From Clostridia bacterium (GTDB taxonomy: Bacteria; Bacillota; Clostridia; TANB77; CAG-465): a stretch of 64,000 nt of DNA. This document shows positions 1 to 9,686 of this stretch, piece after piece. Position numbers and translations under genes: made by a program. The notes under the pieces are model-generated. The model worked only from the letters and a program-made list of their open reading frames with translations. It did not search any database and was not told where the DNA came from. Location: the NCBI GenBank assembly GCA_045536565.1, contig JAZSNU010000020.1, positions 2,727-66,726 of the forward strand. Direction: 5' to 3'. Within the stretch, counting starts at the first letter, position 1; each line of letters begins with the position of its first letter.

Positions 1-453
1 ACCTGTATGTATAATTGATATAAAATAAAAGATAAATATTTCTTTTAAATAAATAGATATCTTCTTTGGCATAAAAGTTATATATACCATTACAAAGGAT
101 AAAAGTATTTTACAAACTGCATAATTAAAAAATTCAAGTTTCAACAAATACATAATACATACATATACTGAGCCTAATATGCTTGCTAATGTAATTTTTA
201 TTACTTTTGTTTTTTCTTTTACTATATTTTTAGTTCCATATAGCAAAAGAAAATCCATGATTAAATTTTCTAAGAATATATAATCTATATATACTACCAA
301 TTTATCACCTAGAAATATTATAGTTTTTTTGAATAATAAAAAATGTAGAATTAAATCTTAAATATATAAAATAAAACTGGAATAAATAATTAAAATGTCA
401 AAAAATAAAAATACACAAAAGAGCATTAAAAAAGAGTGGCATTTGCCACTCAA

Positions 454-801
454 TTATTTTTTAGGTCTATATAGGAAAGCATAATAATTAAAGCATTCAT
501 TATCTTTAACTCTCCAACAAACTATGGCCTCTCTGCTTACATCCAACTTTTTATCCATTTGCTTTGCCCAAAATTTCTTACCTGACTGAATTATAAAAGA
601 ACCGGTTGAACTCAGATATTCCTTAATCTCTTCAATCCGTGACACCATAGAATCTTCTACGCAAATATTTATCTTATACTCTGCTATATTTTTCCGTAAC
701 CATAATCTATTTGCATACTCAATACTCTTATTCTCTGCATCATCAAGCACATTAATTACCCAAAATGTTCTTTGCATTCTTTTTTCCGGTGTTGAAAACA
801 T
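454..801 (-). CDS. hypothetical protein (115 aa), no recognisable motif
   Basis: Intact ORF at the downstream end of the minus-strand block after the DinD-like gene; no signal peptide, no catalytic motif. Confidence 0.45.
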   Translation of the reverse strand: MFSTPEKRMQRTFWVINVLDDAENKSIEYANRLWLRKNIAEYKINICVEDSMVSRIEEIKEYLSSTGSFIIQSGKKFWAKQMDKKLDVSREAIVCWRVKDNECFNYYAFLYRPKK

Positions 802-823
802 ATTTATCGCTCCTTTTATATAA

Positions 824-1027
824 TTATTTTATTAACGGTTCTAGTTCTCCTACTATGACTGTGTTTTCCTTTTCAAGATGTCTTAATCCTCTTTTATATG
901 TTCCTGCCATGGTGTAAAAGTCAACATGTTCAGTTATTGGCTTAATTCTTTCTTCATAAAAGTTTTCTGGATATAGTATTGTATCTACAATTCTTTGCCG
1001 AAAGTTAAGTGGTTTTTCCATAAACAT
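824..1027 (-). CDS. small hypothetical protein (67 aa), tandem paralog A
   Basis: Shares FR.R[IV][IV]DT..NPE...R[IV]KP[IL]TE.[IV]DFYT.A.TYK.GLR.L with the adjacent 63-aa ORF; only 18 nt separates the two. Confidence 0.45.
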   Translation of the reverse strand: MFMEKPLNFRQRIVDTILYPENFYEERIKPITEHVDFYTMAGTYKRGLRHLEKENTVIVGELEPLIK

Positions 1028-1045
1028 CTCTCCTTTAATAAGTAT

Positions 1046-1237
1046 TTAATTTAATGGTTTTAACTTACCAACCATTATTCTTTCAGGTCCCATCAATTTT
1101 CTTAATCCATATTTATAAGTTTTTGCTCTCGTATAAAAGTCAATATTTTCCGTTAATGGTTTTACTCTTCTCTTATTAAGTTCAGGATTTGCCATTGTAT
1201 CTATAACCCTTTCTCTAAACTGCATTGCTTTTTCCAT
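1046..1237 (-). CDS. small hypothetical protein (63 aa), tandem paralog B
   Basis: Paralog of 824..1027 (see shared motif); RBS-like AGGAGGTATAG upstream of the ATG on the minus strand. Confidence 0.45.
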   Translation of the reverse strand: MEKAMQFRERVIDTMANPELNKRRVKPLTENIDFYTRAKTYKYGLRKLMGPERIMVGKLKPLN

Positions 1238-1399
1238 ATCTATACCTCCTAACTAAATTATTATAAGAATTTAATTATATTTTGGAATATATTATACCAC
1301 CACTATTTAATTTTTACAACAAAATATTAAACCATATCTTTGAACACCTATAAAACAAATCACTTTAAAATATAATAATACTTTAAAGTGATTACATTA

Positions 1400-1735
1400 T
1401 TATTCTTTTTCTCTTAACTGTTTATTATCCTCTAAATATTGATAATTTAATGCATTATCTTTACTAATAACAGTTTCACCTAGTTTTTCTTCTATATCTT
1501 TTCTAGTATTTTTAGCAACTTCCCCACCAATTTTTGCAACCTTTTTATTTGCATCAAATCCCTGTGGTTTATGTTTCTTCGCTAACTCCCTTGTTGTTAC
1601 TTCTCCAATATCAGTAAGTAAAACTTCTATATCTGTCATATTATCTCTTAAACTTTCTTTTCTAAGTCCTTTATATTGTTTATATTCCTTAGCGGTCATT
1701 CCTGACCACTCTTTATATATTTCATTAGTAAGCAT
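1400..1735 (-). CDS. DinD-like (DNA-damage-inducible protein D family) C-terminal portion, probably the 3' half of a frameshifted gene
   Basis: Sequence resembles the C-terminal region of DinD/Bro-N antirepressor-like proteins; lies 47 nt downstream of the Bro-N ORF in a different frame; the two parts sum to about 268 aa, the length of an intact DinD. Confidence 0.4.
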   Translation of the reverse strand: MLTNEIYKEWSGMTAKEYKQYKGLRKESLRDNMTDIEVLLTDIGEVTTRELAKKHKPQGFDANKKVAKIGGEVAKNTRKDIEEKLGETVISKDNALNYQYLEDNKQLREKE

Positions 1736-1782
1736 AGCATATTCTAATCCACTTTCTATTCCATTATCTTTCCATACATCAG

Positions 1783-2256
1783 TTAGTTTTTTCTTTCTTG
1801 CAATGCTTTAATTCTTCTAGCAATCCAATCTTCATCATAACCTTTTGCTCTATATAACTCTATGGACCTCTGAATAGAGATAGTTGGATCAAATACCTCA
1901 TCAATTCTTTCTTTTCCAAGTCTTGCCAACCACATTTTTATAGGTTCAGCATTTTTTGATGGGATCGATTCTATAATTCTAAACATGCCTTCTATATCAC
2001 ATACATCTGTCATACGATATTTACCATCTTTCGCTTTTAATTTCAAAGCGTTACAATTTGTAACGGTTTCATTTCCCTCATCTTTGAGTCTTTTCTTCAT
2101 AACTCTCCAATAAGTTTGGGGATCTTTACTTTCAGATAAAATACCTACAATATCAACTATACTTATAAAATACTTTTCCTTAGTACTATCCCAAACTGTC
2201 CTAATTGTTTCGTTATTAAAAATTTTATTTATTAAGTGCATTTTTTCTTCTTTCAA
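1783..2256 (-). CDS. Bro-N domain protein, DinD-like N-terminal portion (possible pseudogene fragment)
   Basis: Bro-N-like N-terminal motif (IRTVWDS..KEKYFISIVDIVGIL..S.DP..YW); DinD-like C-terminal half follows out of frame. Confidence 0.45.
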   Translation of the reverse strand: MKEEKMHLINKIFNNETIRTVWDSTKEKYFISIVDIVGILSESKDPQTYWRVMKKRLKDEGNETVTNCNALKLKAKDGKYRMTDVCDIEGMFRIIESIPSKNAEPIKMWLARLGKERIDEVFDPTISIQRSIELYRAKGYDEDWIARRIKALQERKN

Positions 2257-2415
2257 AATATCACCTCGAGTATATTATATAAAACATTTGTTCTTTTGTC
2301 AAGTTAAATTCTTTTTTGCTTTTAATATATTTTTTCCTTATGATTTATTACGCTTAACTCTCTTTCTCATAACAAAAATACCCAAACACATAGTATTTGA
2401 GTATTTCTTTACATA

Positions 2416-3513
2416 TTATTCTCTATTTCTTAAGAAAGGAGGTATATCCCAATCATTCATGTATTTATCCATTCTTGTTTGAGTATTACCATGACTTATT
2501 GTTTCAAATGAGTTATTTCTTGCATCCTCTATGAATTTACTTGCAGTCGTTTCGTCTAGTGCCCATTTGTTGAATCCTGTTGCTATAACAGTTATTACTA
2601 TCTTATTCTCTATGTTCTCATCTATAACAGCACCAAATATAATATTTGCATCTGGATCAACTGATTTTTGTACTAATTCAGCTGCTTCATTAATTTCTAG
2701 AAGTCCTAAATCTTTTCCACCAGTAATATTGATAAGTACTCCACCAGCTCCTTCTATAGATGTTTCTAAAAGTGGACTGTGTATTGCTTGTCTTGCTGCT
2801 TCTTGTGCTCTATTTTCTCCACTTGCAATACCTATTCCCATGTGTGCTACACCAGCGTTCATCATAATAGTCTTAACATCTGCAAAGTCTAGGTTTACAA
2901 GACCTGGTACAGTAATTAGGTCCGAAATACCTTGAACACCTTGTCTTAATACGTCATCTGCCATTTTTAAGGCTTCAACTACTGATGTTTGTTTTTCAAC
3001 AACTTGAAGTAGTTTTTCATTTGGTATAGTTATTAATGTGTCAACATTATGTTTTAAGTTTTCTATGCCTCTTTCTGCTTGAGTCATTCTTCTTTTTCCT
3101 TCAAATGGGAATGGTTTAGTTACAACACCAACTGTTAATATCCCCATTTCTTTTGCTACTTCTGCAACTATTGGAGCCGCTCCTGTTCCTGTTCCTCCAC
3201 CCATTCCAGATGTAACAAATACCATATCTGCGCCTTTTATTGCTTCTGCTATTTCAGCTTTTGATTCTTCTGCACTACATTCTCCTACGCTAGGATCTCC
3301 TCCAGCACCTAAGCCTCTTGTTAACTTATCTCCTATTTGAATTTTTCCTTCTGCTTTTGATACATCTAATGCTTGTTTGTCTGTATTTACGGCGATAAAC
3401 TCTACACCTCTTAGACCAGCCTCAACCATTCTATTAACAGCATTTCCGCCTGCTCCTCCAACTCCTATTACTTTAATAGTAGCCATTCCTGATTGATTCA
3501 TAATTTCTCCCAT
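2416..3513 (-). CDS. ftsZ: cell division protein FtsZ
   Basis: Tubulin signature [11 protein letters not shown]-terminal [17 protein letters not shown], conserved C-terminal DIPPFLR peptide; RBS GAGGAGGA 7 nt upstream. Confidence 0.97.
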   Translation of the reverse strand: MGEIMNQSGMATIKVIGVGGAGGNAVNRMVEAGLRGVEFIAVNTDKQALDVSKAEGKIQIGDKLTRGLGAGGDPSVGECSAEESKAEIAEAIKGADMVFVTSGMGGGTGTGAAPIVAEVAKEMGILTVGVVTKPFPFEGKRRMTQAERGIENLKHNVDTLITIPNEKLLQVVEKQTSVVEALKMADDVLRQGVQGISDLITVPGLVNLDFADVKTIMMNAGVAHMGIGIASGENRAQEAARQAIHSPLLETSIEGAGGVLINITGGKDLGLLEINEAAELVQKSVDPDANIIFGAVIDENIENKIVITVIATGFNKWALDETTASKFIEDARNNSFETISHGNTQTRMDKYMNDWDIPPFLRNRE

Positions 3514-3528
3514 TTGAATTTCCTCCTC

Positions 3529-4809
3529 TTAAATCTCTACATCTTCATTATCTTGTTTTAATAAATCTTTAAATTTATCTTTTGTACTTTTAAAAAATTC
3601 TGTTAATTTTTGTTTAAATCCAGGTTCAGTTATTATTTCAACATCACTATTTACATGTTTACTAAGACCTATACCCGATATATGCTTAACCATTCCATAC
3701 GCTACTGTATGTTGTGGTTTTATAACATTAATTAATTTTGGACTACATATTCTAACTTGTCCTATTTTTAAAGTAAGTACTGCTAGTTCTTCACAGCCAA
3801 CAATATTACTAATACCTTGACCCGTTAATACTAAACAATCATATTTACCATTCATATTATTATCTACTAATACTTTACGAATAATTTGATATACCTCTTT
3901 AATTCTTGCCTCTATTATTCTAACAATATCACTACATTTTATTTTACTATCTTCTACATTTCCTGTTTTTATAGTATTTAATTTAACTTCATGGTTATTA
4001 GAAATCATAGCTTCTATTGCTAAATTATATTGTCTTTTTAGTCTTTCTGCTTCATCATGTGAAATACCAAGTGTCATGGCTATATCATTAGTAATATGAT
4101 GTCCTCCTATCGGAAGTGTTTCATAAAACTCTAATCTAGAATTTTTATATACTGATATATCCGTATGCATTGCTCCCATATCAAGCATTAATACACCCAT
4201 ATCTTTTTCTTCTGGCATAAGTACTATATTAGAAGTTGCTAATGTTTCTAATATAACACCATCTATTTGAAGTTCTGCAATATTAAGCGTTTCTATTATA
4301 TCATTTAAAAAATCACCATTTGCAATTACCACATCAATATCTACACCAAATTCTTTTGCAAATGCTCCAATTGGTTCTTCTTTATATTCTCTATCGTTTA
4401 CAAAATATGTGTATGGTATTAAATCTATAACTTGCTCATTTTCATTAACTTTAATTCCGTTTCTTACTTGATCAAATAACGAATATACATCGTTATATGA
4501 TAGTCCATCGTCTGGTCTTTCAACCTTTCCCCTGCATTTTATTTTTTCAATTCTTACATTTAAACCTTTTATATTAATGTATGAGGAATTGATATATAGT
4601 CCCGATGTTTCTTCAGCCTCCGTTATAGCTTTAATTATAGAATTTGCTACCGCAGTCTTGTTTACTATTCTGCCCTTACTAAGCCCTTCTGAATCTGATA
4701 GTCCATAACCTATTACTTCAATCTCATTAAATTTATTAACTTGTCCTACCACAGCGGCTGTTTTGGAAGCTCCAATGTCGAGTGAAACTATAATGTCACC
4801 AATAGCCAT
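3529..4809 (-). CDS. ftsA: cell division protein FtsA
   Basis: Actin-like ATPase; N-terminus MAIGDIIVSLDIGASKTAAVVGQ typical of FtsA; start placed at the internal ATG preceded by GGAGGGGGAAAA; directly upstream of ftsZ. Confidence 0.92.
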   Translation of the reverse strand: MAIGDIIVSLDIGASKTAAVVGQVNKFNEIEVIGYGLSDSEGLSKGRIVNKTAVANSIIKAITEAEETSGLYINSSYINIKGLNVRIEKIKCRGKVERPDDGLSYNDVYSLFDQVRNGIKVNENEQVIDLIPYTYFVNDREYKEEPIGAFAKEFGVDIDVVIANGDFLNDIIETLNIAELQIDGVILETLATSNIVLMPEEKDMGVLMLDMGAMHTDISVYKNSRLEFYETLPIGGHHITNDIAMTLGISHDEAERLKRQYNLAIEAMISNNHEVKLNTIKTGNVEDSKIKCSDIVRIIEARIKEVYQIIRKVLVDNNMNGKYDCLVLTGQGISNIVGCEELAVLTLKIGQVRICSPKLINVIKPQHTVAYGMVKHISGIGLSKHVNSDVEIITEPGFKQKLTEFFKSTKDKFKDLLKQDNEDVEI

Positions 4810-4944
4810 TTTTTCCCCCTCCAATTTCATTATGTATATAATACATTTTTTAAACAAAAAAAGCAATACTTTTGACCTATTTTTTGTAATATTTTTGTAA
4901 CTTTTTTGTCACATTATGTATTAACTCCCATTTTATGGTATTTG

Positions 4945-5550
4945 TCAGTATTTTCTTATGTTAAGTGCTAATACATACAACAAGAATATCATGCTAGAAA
5001 TGTTGTTAAATTTATATAAAATTAGTATGCATAGGATAGATAAAACACTTAAACAAAAAATAGATATAAACGATGTCATTTTACCTACTTTTTTCTTATT
5101 ATTTATATACAAAAACAATAATATAGCTCTAATTATATTATAACCATCTAATGGATATACAGGTAACAAATTTAATATGGCTAAAAATATATTTATTTCA
5201 AATATAAATTTAATATCTTTAAATAGATATGCTATTATTAAATTTGACAAAGGCCCCGCTATAAATATTAATACATCTCTAATATAATATAGTCTTGATT
5301 TTAAGCCATATTCATATTTAAAATATGCAGTCATTCCAGATATACTTATAAAAACTTTCCTAAGTTTTCTATTAAGAAGTGTTGCTACTAATATATGTGA
5401 TAATTCGTGATACATAGCAAATAATAGACAAACATAATACTTATCCAAATAATTCATTGCTTCCTTTGATATGCTAGATACAAGAAAAGCTATTATTAAT
5501 AAATATTCAATTTCTACAATTATTTCCTTTATTTTTATTTTAAATACCAT
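4945..5550 (-). CDS. site-2 protease (M50) family membrane metalloprotease, compact SpoIVFB-like
   Basis: HELSHILVA (HExxH) in a TM helix plus NLLPVYPLDG (LDG motif), polytopic; only 201 aa so no C-terminal CBS domain. Confidence 0.7.
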   Translation of the reverse strand: MVFKIKIKEIIVEIEYLLIIAFLVSSISKEAMNYLDKYYVCLLFAMYHELSHILVATLLNRKLRKVFISISGMTAYFKYEYGLKSRLYYIRDVLIFIAGPLSNLIIAYLFKDIKFIFEINIFLAILNLLPVYPLDGYNIIRAILLFLYINNKKKVGKMTSFISIFCLSVLSILCILILYKFNNISSMIFLLYVLALNIRKY

Positions 5551-5559
5551 ATATTTCTC

Positions 5560-6627
5560 TTACAAATCTAAAACTTTTGAAGGATCAATTTTAACACTAT
5601 CTATAACCACTTCAAAATGAAGATGTGGTCCCGTTGCATATCCTGTTTCTCCCATATACCCTAGTAAATCTCCTGCTTTTACCTCAGTTCCTTGTTTTAT
5701 ACTCACACTATCCATATGTGCATATTTTGTTATCAATCTACCGTTTGTTATTTCTACAAAATTTCCATTATATTTATTATTTGCTACTTTTGTTACAGTA
5801 CCAGCCGTACTTGCTACTATATTAGTACCCTTTCTATTTGCTATATCTACACCTGTGTGATATGAATCTATATCCTCAAATATAACTTCCCTTGCCCCAA
5901 AGCTAGAAGATACTGTTCCATTTGTTGGCATTACAAACTCAATATTATTATCATATATATACTGTAAATATGGATCTTCACTACTTATTGTACTTACTGC
6001 TGTTTCGTATTCTATTTTTTCTTCTTCTGCCTCTATTTTATCACTTACAATATTCTCATCTATACTTACTCCTACCCCATCATTTTCAATTTCATTACTA
6101 CTTTCTTCTTTGTTTTCTTCCTCAGCATAAATAGTTACTTGGTTTTTATCATTTTTATTATCCTCTGTTAATGCTTTTTTTACATCTAAATACATTGATT
6201 TAACTTTGTTTTCTACTTCATCTGGAACAATTTTAATTAAGCCCAAGTAACAATATTTTACACCTTTCTTTGCGCCTTTTTTTATTTTATTCATAGGGTA
6301 ATCTTTGCTATATTCTTTTTTTATCATTTTTACATATTTGTTATTATCAATCAAATTAATATCAAACATATTAACTGATATTACCACTATTAGCACACAC
6401 ATCGCACTTATAGATTGTATCCATAGTTTCATCTTAATATTAAATATATGTTTTTCTATAAACGATTTATTTACACTTTCCTCTTTGTTTATTTTTCTAC
6501 CTATACTCAAACTTTTTCTACATACATCACTTAAACTATCTTTTCTATTAAAACTTCTATTATATCTGCTATACGAATTTCCAATGCTACTTGACCTAAG
6601 ACATCTTTTTGCAACTATACCTTCCAT
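5560..6627 (-). CDS. M23 (LytM) family peptidase with N-terminal TM segment and acidic linker, SpoIVFA-like by context
   Basis: C-terminal M23 motifs HTGVDIA ... GETGYATGPHLHFEV; acidic low-complexity linker; start moved to ATG (MEG...) because the upstream in-frame GTG lies inside the RBS GAGGTGA; 10 nt upstream of the M50 gene. Confidence 0.7.
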   Translation of the reverse strand: MEGIVAKRCLRSSSIGNSYSRYNRSFNRKDSLSDVCRKSLSIGRKINKEESVNKSFIEKHIFNIKMKLWIQSISAMCVLIVVISVNMFDINLIDNNKYVKMIKKEYSKDYPMNKIKKGAKKGVKYCYLGLIKIVPDEVENKVKSMYLDVKKALTEDNKNDKNQVTIYAEEENKEESSNEIENDGVGVSIDENIVSDKIEAEEEKIEYETAVSTISSEDPYLQYIYDNNIEFVMPTNGTVSSSFGAREVIFEDIDSYHTGVDIANRKGTNIVASTAGTVTKVANNKYNGNFVEITNGRLITKYAHMDSVSIKQGTEVKAGDLLGYMGETGYATGPHLHFEVVIDSVKIDPSKVLDL

Positions 6628-6710
6628 ATGATTCACCTCAAAAAAATAACTTATCCATATACTTTAAATATATTGGATAAGTTTATTTTTATTACACATT
6701 ATTTAATTAA

Positions 6711-8129
6711 TTACAAAATTTGTCCTGTTAAATACCAAAGATTATTCTTAACAATCTTTATTTTTTTTATCTTTCCTATATCTTCATCTTTTGCCTCAAA
6801 TATTACTACTTTATTTGATGGTGTTCTTCCTGTATACATTTTATCATTATTTTTACTTTTACCTTCAATTAATATACTAAATGTCTTTCCTACATAAGTT
6901 TCATTTTCTTTATTTAATGTTTCTTCGAATAATTTTTTTAATCTTTCTAATCTATCTACTTTTACTTTTTCATCTATTTGATTTTCCATTCTTTCTGCAA
7001 CTGTGCCTCTGCGGATAGAATAAATAAACATATATATTTGACTAAATATAACTTGTTTTACTACATCTAATGTTTGTATAAAATCTTCTTCTGTTTCTCC
7101 TGGAAATCCTACTATAATATCTGTTGAAAAACTTACATCTGGTATTTGTTTTTTCATTTTTTCAACCAATGTTAAATATGATTCTTTTGTATATTTTCTA
7201 TTCATGCTTTTTAATATTTCTGTACTTCCAGATTGAAGTGGTAAATGTATTTGTCTTGATATTTTAGGATTTTCCGCAATATATTCAATTAATTCATTGC
7301 TAAAATCCTTTGGATGTGGTGACATGAATTTTATTACTTCTATTCCTGATATTTTATCTATTTCTTTTAACAATTTAACAAAAGAATAAGAACTCAATTC
7401 TTTATCTTCTAACTTTTTAAAATCATTTGCATATGAATTTACATTTTGTCCAAGTAATGTTATCTCTTTATATCCATTCTCGGCTAGGTATTTTATATCA
7501 TTAATAATATCTTCTGGAAGTCTGCTTTTTTCTCTACCTCTAACATATGGAACTATACAATATGAACAAAAGTTATTGCAACCATATATTATACTAACTG
7601 ATGCTTTTACTGAATCTTCATATATTATTGGAATATTTTCAACTAATTCAGTTTTATCTTCTACATGCTCAGCAATTTTTTTCTTTTCTTTGATTGCCAT
7701 GTATAAAGATTTAGCAAAATCATGCATACTATGTGTTCCTAAAAGTACATCAACAAATCTATATGATTCTTTTATTTTAGCTATAACATGCTCTTGTTGT
7801 GACATACACCCTACAATACATATGTATAAATCAGACTCTTTTTGTTTTCTTTTTTTTAATGTGCCTAATCTTCCATATAGTTTATCTTCTGCATTTTCTC
7901 TTATTGCACAAGTATTAAAAAGTATTATATTTGCACTATCTATATCATATGTTCTTTCCATGCCCATTTTTGCCATTATTCCGCTATATTTCATAGAGTC
8001 ATTTTCGTTTAATGCACACCCCATTGTATCTATATAATATAAATAGTTTTTTGAATCTAACAATTCTTTTATTTTATTTTCATAATTTACTACATATTTC
8101 ACTTTATTCACCCTTTTTACATACAACAT
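6711..8129 (-). CDS. miaB: tRNA-i6A37 methylthiotransferase MiaB (radical SAM, TRAM domain)
   Basis: N-terminal MTTase domain (YIDTMGCALNENDS), radical-SAM CNNFCSYC, C-terminal TRAM; exact start uncertain (ATG at 8129 chosen, 8192 possible). Confidence 0.85.
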   Translation of the reverse strand: MLYVKRVNKVKYVVNYENKIKELLDSKNYLYYIDTMGCALNENDSMKYSGIMAKMGMERTYDIDSANIILFNTCAIRENAEDKLYGRLGTLKKRKQKESDLYICIVGCMSQQEHVIAKIKESYRFVDVLLGTHSMHDFAKSLYMAIKEKKKIAEHVEDKTELVENIPIIYEDSVKASVSIIYGCNNFCSYCIVPYVRGREKSRLPEDIINDIKYLAENGYKEITLLGQNVNSYANDFKKLEDKELSSYSFVKLLKEIDKISGIEVIKFMSPHPKDFSNELIEYIAENPKISRQIHLPLQSGSTEILKSMNRKYTKESYLTLVEKMKKQIPDVSFSTDIIVGFPGETEEDFIQTLDVVKQVIFSQIYMFIYSIRRGTVAERMENQIDEKVKVDRLERLKKLFEETLNKENETYVGKTFSILIEGKSKNNDKMYTGRTPSNKVVIFEAKDEDIGKIKKIKIVKNNLWYLTGQIL

Positions 8130-8204
8130 TTTAGCACATGTTATGTATACTGTCAATGAGATATAAAAATAGCGATAGTTTCCTATCGCCATAAAATAAA
8201 CTTA

Positions 8205-8867
8205 TTAACTTAATGTTACTGTTACAGTACCTATTGTAGCACCTGGTCTTACATTGCTTAAAGAACCACCTTCAAGCTTTAATACATATGTAATTCCTGT
8301 AATAGAAAGAATATCATCATATGCATACATAGCTGGTATCTCACCTGAAGAAGGATATGGTGCTCCACCTGCTGCATACCATTCATAGTATTTATCTGCT
8401 TCAAATACAGTATTTTCAGAGATCTCAACAAGTATTCCGTTTTCATTTAATTCAAAATATGTTCCTGTGCTAAAATCCTCTGGTTCTTCGGATAATAATT
8501 TATATTCTCCTCCCCATAGACCACTTCTAGAATCATCCATAACTCCAATAACTGTTGGTATTGCAGAAGTAAAATTAACATCTGCTTTTACTATAACATT
8601 AGATTTATTAGTTATTGTTATATAATCGGCCATCTCAGATTCTGGTTCCCAATCATAATATTCATTACCATGCTCATCTTCAACTTTGACAAAATCATAT
8701 ACTAAACTTCCCCACTCAATATCAATATCATAGTTAACATCAGTATCGTCAACTATACCAACCTTAACTATTGAACTAGATGTTCCAAGTCCTGTTGCAA
8801 AAACAGATGGAAGAGCAATAGTAGCAACTAATAACATACAAACTACTAATTTTATACTTCTTTTCAT
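8205..8867 (-). CDS. secreted small protein, family member 3 (tandem duplicate)
   Basis: Signal peptide MKRSIKLVVCMLLVATIALPSVFA; family motif Y[DN][IV][DE]I.WGSLVY.F and C-terminal RPGATIGTVTVTLS; RBS AAGGAGGTGAAA. Confidence 0.6.
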   Translation of the reverse strand: MKRSIKLVVCMLLVATIALPSVFATGLGTSSSIVKVGIVDDTDVNYDIDIEWGSLVYDFVKVEDEHGNEYYDWEPESEMADYITITNKSNVIVKADVNFTSAIPTVIGVMDDSRSGLWGGEYKLLSEEPEDFSTGTYFELNENGILVEISENTVFEADKYYEWYAAGGAPYPSSGEIPAMYAYDDILSITGITYVLKLEGGSLSNVRPGATIGTVTVTLS

Positions 8868-8955
8868 TTATTTCACCTCCTTTTTCATAAATTTATATAT
8901 AATATTAAACTATCTATTTTTAATAAGATTATTAGATTGATATTTATAATCCAAA

Positions 8956-9612
8956 TTAGCTTAATGTTACTGTTACGGTACCTATTGTAGCTCCCGGTCT
9001 TACATCAGTTAAAGAACCACCCTCAAGTTTTAATTTCCACATTAAACTTGATACATGTACAACACCATCTAAGTTCGTTGTACATGATGGAATATCCCTG
9101 TTTTCTGATGGTCCTCCACCTGCTCCAATCCATTTGTAATATTTATCCGCTTCAAAAGTCGTATTTTCACCTTTCTCAACAAATCTTCCTTCTTCATCTC
9201 TTACATAATATGTCTCTGTATTGAAATCTTCTGGTTCTTCTGTTAATATTTGATATTCAGATCCAGCTATCCCACAATAATCAGTATCTTCAAATCCGAT
9301 AACATTTGCCATAGAAGATGTAAATTCTACATCTGCATTTATAATTACATTTGAATAATTTGTTATTTCAACTACATCTGCATTTGTTTTTTCAGGTTCC
9401 CAAATATATTCTCCGATACTAGAATCATTTGATTTAACAAAATTATATACTAAACTTCCCCATTTTATATCGACATTGTAATTAACATCAGTATTGTCAA
9501 CTGTACCAACCTTAACTATTTTACTAGATTCTCCAAGACCTGTTGCAAAAACAGTTGGAAGAGCTATAGTAGCAACTAATAACATACAAATTACTAATTT
9601 TATACTTCTTTT
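8956..9612 (-). CDS. secreted small protein, family member 2 (tandem duplicate)
   Basis: Near-identical signal peptide and C-terminus to 8205..8867; start at internal ATG because the longer ORF begins inside the RBS AAAAAGGAGGTGAAA. Confidence 0.6.
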   Translation of the reverse strand, partial: KRSIKLVICMLLVATIALPTVFATGLGESSKIVKVGTVDNTDVNYNVDIKWGSLVYNFVKSNDSSIGEYIWEPEKTNADVVEITNYSNVIINADVEFTSSMANVIGFEDTDYCGIAGSEYQILTEEPEDFNTETYYVRDEEGRFVEKGENTTFEADKYYKWIGAGGGPSENRDIPSCTTNLDGVVHVSSLMWKLKLEGGSLTDVRPGATIGTVTVTLS

Positions 9613-9686
9613 CATTTGTTTCACCTCCTTTTTCATAAACCTCTATATATTAACTTATATTTATTTTTCAGATTAAGATAATACCT

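Noticed and set aside
2531-2935. 134-aa plus-strand ORF inside ftsZ (and similar antisense ORFs inside gyrB, mnmG, rpoB, rpoC, dnaN, M16 genes)
   Set aside because: They lie entirely antisense to strongly conserved genes. They have low-complexity hydrophobic composition typical of AT-rich antisense frames. They have no RBS.
5625-6631. Three plus-strand ORFs rich in Leu/Tyr/His/Phe opposite the M23 peptidase gene
   Set aside because: They are antisense to the acidic low-complexity linker of the M23 gene (GAA/GAT-rich sense strand gives TTC/ATC-rich antisense ORFs). No RBS.
8868-8891. Longer N-terminal extensions of cluster ORFs (MKKEVKQ..., MCSNIGGN..., MKERGN..., and MNHM... of the M23 gene)
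   Set aside because: Each apparent upstream start codon lies inside the purine-rich Shine-Dalgarno sequence (AAGGAGGTGAAA etc.). The downstream ATG has correct spacing and begins a canonical signal peptide.
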